In this document: positions 62,175 to 64,000 of the stretch, in pieces
Position numbering within the stretch: position 1 is the stretch's first letter
Layout: each line of letters begins with the position of its first letter
NCBI GenBank assembly: GCA_963843325.1
Contig: CAWJKC010000003.1
Span: forward strand, 520,160 to 584,159
DNA from: an uncultured Acidobacteriota bacterium
GTDB lineage: Bacteria > Acidobacteriota > Thermoanaerobaculia > UBA5066 > Gp7-AA6
Direction: 5' to 3'
DNA length: 64,000 nt
Made by a program: the position numbers and the translations under genes
Notes under the pieces: generated by a model
What the model was told of the DNA's origin: nothing
Databases searched by the model: none
The model's input: the letters and a program-made list of their open reading frames with translations, nothing else

Positions 62175-62510
62175 TCACCGCTCCGGCTCGACGAGGACCG
62201 CCGTTCCGTACGCGAGCACCTCGGTGACGCCCGCGGACACCTCCGTCGCGTCGTAGCGAAACGCGACGATGGCGTTGGCGCCCATCTGCTCGGCGTGCCG
62301 CGCCATGAGCTCGAACGCCTCCAGGCGCGCGTGCTCGCACATCTCGGTCCAGAGCGTGATGTTGCCGCCGAACATGCTCTGGATCCCGGCGCCGATCGTC
62401 CCGACGATGCTGCGCGACCGCACGACGATTCCCCGCACGATGCCGAAGTTCCTGGACATCCGGTAGCCCGGCAGCTCCAGCGCGGACGTGATGAAAGCCC
62501 TGTTCAGCAT
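62175..62510 (-). CDS. YbjQ-family (UPF0145) protein
   Basis: Intact 111-aa ORF: GIVRGIVVRSRSIVGTIGAGIQSMFGGNITLWTEMCEHARLEAFELMARHAEQMGANAIVAFRYDA. Confidence 0.88.
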   Translation of the reverse strand: MLNRAFITSALELPGYRMSRNFGIVRGIVVRSRSIVGTIGAGIQSMFGGNITLWTEMCEHARLEAFELMARHAEQMGANAIVAFRYDATEVSAGVTEVLAYGTAVLVEPER

Positions 62511-62573
62511 GCGCCTAGTATCCCGTAACCGGGAACCCCGCGGCAGCCGCGGCCCGGACGGGCCACCTCCCGG

Positions 62574-63018
62574 CTAACCGGCCTGTTCGGGGGCGAGCTC
62601 CGGCTCGAAGCGCAGCAGCGGCCATTCTTCCTCGGCCGCAGCCGGGCGCGGGAGCAGCTCCGGAAACACCCGGGCGCGGCTGGCGGTGGCCACCAGGCCG
62701 ATGATCGACGAGGCCCAGCCCCGTCCCGACGGGAACGGCCAGAAGACTGATCCCGGCAAACGCGAAAGCAAAGTTCCGCGTCCAGAGCCGGTAACGCCGC
62801 AGGTGAAAACCGACGTGCGCGTAGGCGCAGGCCAGGACGAACGATATGCACGGCAGCTGCAGGTCCCGGGAGCTGCCCTCCGCCAGGAAGATCTGGAGGC
62901 CGACCGCGGCCGTCACGAGGGCCTGGACCGCGAGCAGGTAGAACATGAAGCCGGCGACCTGGACCATGCGCCGAGCCATCCGGCGGTTCGTGGGGCGTCC
63001 TGCATGTTTCAACGTCAC
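62574..63018 (-). CDS. small membrane protein, one frame break
   Basis: RBS GGAGG, then GTG 63018 (alternative internal starts are possible): ...MVQVAGFMFYLLAVQALVTAAVGLQIFL...FAFAFAGISLLAVP. The break is near 62715, and ORF 62574..62771 follows (SSIIGLVATAS...). Confidence 0.5.
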
Positions 63019-63030
63019 GTCGTCGCCTCC

Positions 63031-63065
63031 GCTAAAAAGAAGCGGGCGCCATTCGGCGCCCGCTT
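63031..63065 (-). terminator. rho-independent terminator downstream of the FGE-like gene
   Basis: On the minus strand, aagcgggcgcc (63065-63055), loop gaat, ggcgcccgctt (63050-63040), then ctttttagc. An 11-bp perfect GC-rich stem followed by a T-run. Confidence 0.8.
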
Positions 63066-63151
63066 CGAAATCACGATGGGATGTTTCCTGCTTCCAAGCT
63101 CGGCGCTCCCTTCACCCTTTGATGCTCCGGGGCCGGTCGTCGTTTCACATA

Positions 63152-63181
63152 TTTATAACATGGGCTCTTCGCAACTGTCAC
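63152..63181 (-). promoter_or_regulatory. sigma70-like promoter candidate in an AT-rich patch (speculative)
   Basis: On the minus strand, GTGACA (63181-63176), an 18-nt spacer, then TATAAA (63157-63152). This is hexamer similarity only, in locally AT-rich DNA. Confidence 0.2.
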
Positions 63182-63755
63182 GTATTTCCGTTACCGAAAA
63201 AAATTCCTTCGCGACGCGAAATCCGTAGTCCGCGTAGCGTGAAACTGGTATGAGGCTGCTCTTCGCCGCCGGCGCCGACCAGCGCACGGCGTGGCGCCAC
63301 GATCCGCCTCGGCTCGCGCGCCGGCCCGGTCGATCCCAGTCGAGGCACCACTCGTGCACGATCGTGCCCATGTCGCAGAGTCCGTATCCGTTCGGCGTGC
63401 CGCGTCCCGCGTCCCACGGACCGTCGAGCGCACCGGCGGGAATCTCTCCGTCGGGGACCGCATCGCCCCACGCCGTCGCCGGCGCGACGAGGCCGCCGCA
63501 TGCGGCGTGCTCCCACTCGATCTGCGTCGGCAGCCGCCACCGCCCGCCGAGCGACTCCGAGAGCCACGCGCAGTACGCCATCGCCTCGTCCCAGTTGACG
63601 CCGACGACCGGCTTGCTCGCGGCCGAGAAGGCGGCATCGAGCCACCAGGGAGGCGGCGCCGCGCGCCCCGTCGCGAGAAACGCGGCGTACTCGCCGTTGG
63701 TCACGGGCGTGCGCCCGAGCAGGTAGGGGCGCTGCGCGCCCGGGATGCGGATCAT
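63153..63755 (-). CDS. formylglycine-generating-enzyme (SUMF1/EgtB/PvdO) family domain protein
   Basis: ORF 63153..63938. The probable start is ATG 63755 (MIRIPGAQRPYLLGRTPVTNGEYAAFL), with GTG 63788 as an alternative. Also VVGVNWDEAMAYCAWL, RLPTQIEWEHAA, GNVHEW-like (GTIVHEWCLDW), RGGSW and YADYGFRVA. Confidence 0.8.
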   Translation of the reverse strand: MIRIPGAQRPYLLGRTPVTNGEYAAFLATGRAAPPPWWLDAAFSAASKPVVGVNWDEAMAYCAWLSESLGGRWRLPTQIEWEHAACGGLVAPATAWGDAVPDGEIPAGALDGPWDAGRGTPNGYGLCDMGTIVHEWCLDWDRPGRRASRGGSWRHAVRWSAPAAKSSLIPVSRYADYGFRVAKEFFSVTEIRDSCEEPML

Positions 63756-63795
63756 CTCGGGCGCGGCGAGAGGGACCGTGACCGCCACCGGAACG

Positions 63796-64000
63796 CTAGG
63801 AGTCGGCCTTGAGGACCGGAAGCCCCGCGGCGCCGAGGGCGGCGTTGACCTTCGGAAGGTCCGTCTGGACGACGCGATTCCAGCGCGAAAGCCCCTGCTC
63901 GAGGGCCTCCTGCCGCTGTGCAAAGCCGGCGACCGCATCGGGCGTGGGAGCCACGTCGGCGCTCTCGATCGACCCCTGCAGCCGGGCCAGGGACACGACC
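63796..64000 (-). CDS. 3' end of a gene running in from the right edge; C-terminus resembles the BNR/sortilin-like protein at 36254..39462
   Basis: ORF 63796..63996: ...VAPTPDAVAGFAQRQEALEQGLSRWNRVVQTDLPKVNAALGAAGLPVLKADS. This parallels ...[46 protein letters not shown] at the end of the other gene. Confidence 0.5.
   Translation of the reverse strand, partial: VVSLARLQGSIESADVAPTPDAVAGFAQRQEALEQGLSRWNRVVQTDLPKVNAALGAAGLPVLKADS

Noticed and set aside
63031-63788. Diversity-generating retroelement (DGR) target: FGE/C-type-lectin-fold proteins are common DGR variable proteins
   Set aside because: There is no reverse transcriptase gene. I could find no second near-identical ~100-130-nt copy (template repeat) of the gene's 3' end in the window, and no accessory Avd-like gene. 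Downstream genes are small membrane proteins and YbjQ.

Overview
Very GC-rich (about 70% by eye) bacterial chromosomal segment with about 65 tightly packed protein-coding genes. I see no rRNA, tRNA, CRISPR, IS element, integrase or prophage features. The gene content looks Acidobacteriota-like, which is inference only: Ser/Thr kinases fused to TolB-like propellers, a CarboxypepD_reg-type TonB receptor, a GloVer-repeat giant protein, BNR/sortilin proteins and an ECF-like sigma/kinase pair. Left to right the window holds: metH 5' end, FAD oxidoreductase, two tandem kinase-propeller genes, a questin-oxidase-like gene, a GloVer/SLH-like giant protein, a TonB receptor with a small Cys/His protein, GH172(DUF2961)-HEAT, EndoIII-like, metallophosphoesterase and zf-UBP. 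Next come a three-gene envelope operon, a PlsC-like acyltransferase, Thr-dehydratase-like + ornithine-cyclodeaminase-like + crcB + DUF190, ChaN-PDZ, a 685-aa GreA-like protein, an enolase-superfamily enzyme, TauE, DUF2059 and an ABC-2 transporter. Then DUF1905, DinB, a BNR/sortilin protein, an alpha/beta hydrolase, an S58 peptidase, two tandem GAPDH genes, an esterase-TPR, and a long redox operon (NTF2, cytochrome c, qor, NmrA, FG-GAP, Zn-ribbon). The right end holds sigma + kinase, a second Thr-dehydratase-like gene, a methyltransferase + membrane protein, a beta-lactamase-fold/TPR protein, xth, a class A beta-lactamase-like gene, YbjQ and an FGE-like gene. The dominant technical signal is about 60 reading-frame breaks in 24 genes. 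They are clustered in patches and often sit at short G/C runs, so they are probably assembly indels, and every call spanning a break depends on that reading. The best candidates for undescribed biology are these: (1) two paralogous small HHH/CLAC secreted proteins, each heading an outer-membrane gene set (a TonB receptor; a DUF2279-like + OMP-DUF3943 operon); (2) a tandem GAPDH pair whose upstream copy has Ser in place of the catalytic Cys; (3) a 685-aa GreA-like protein translationally coupled to a ChaN-PDZ lipoprotein; (4) two families of REP-like hairpin repeats. I found no clear defence island or mobile element.
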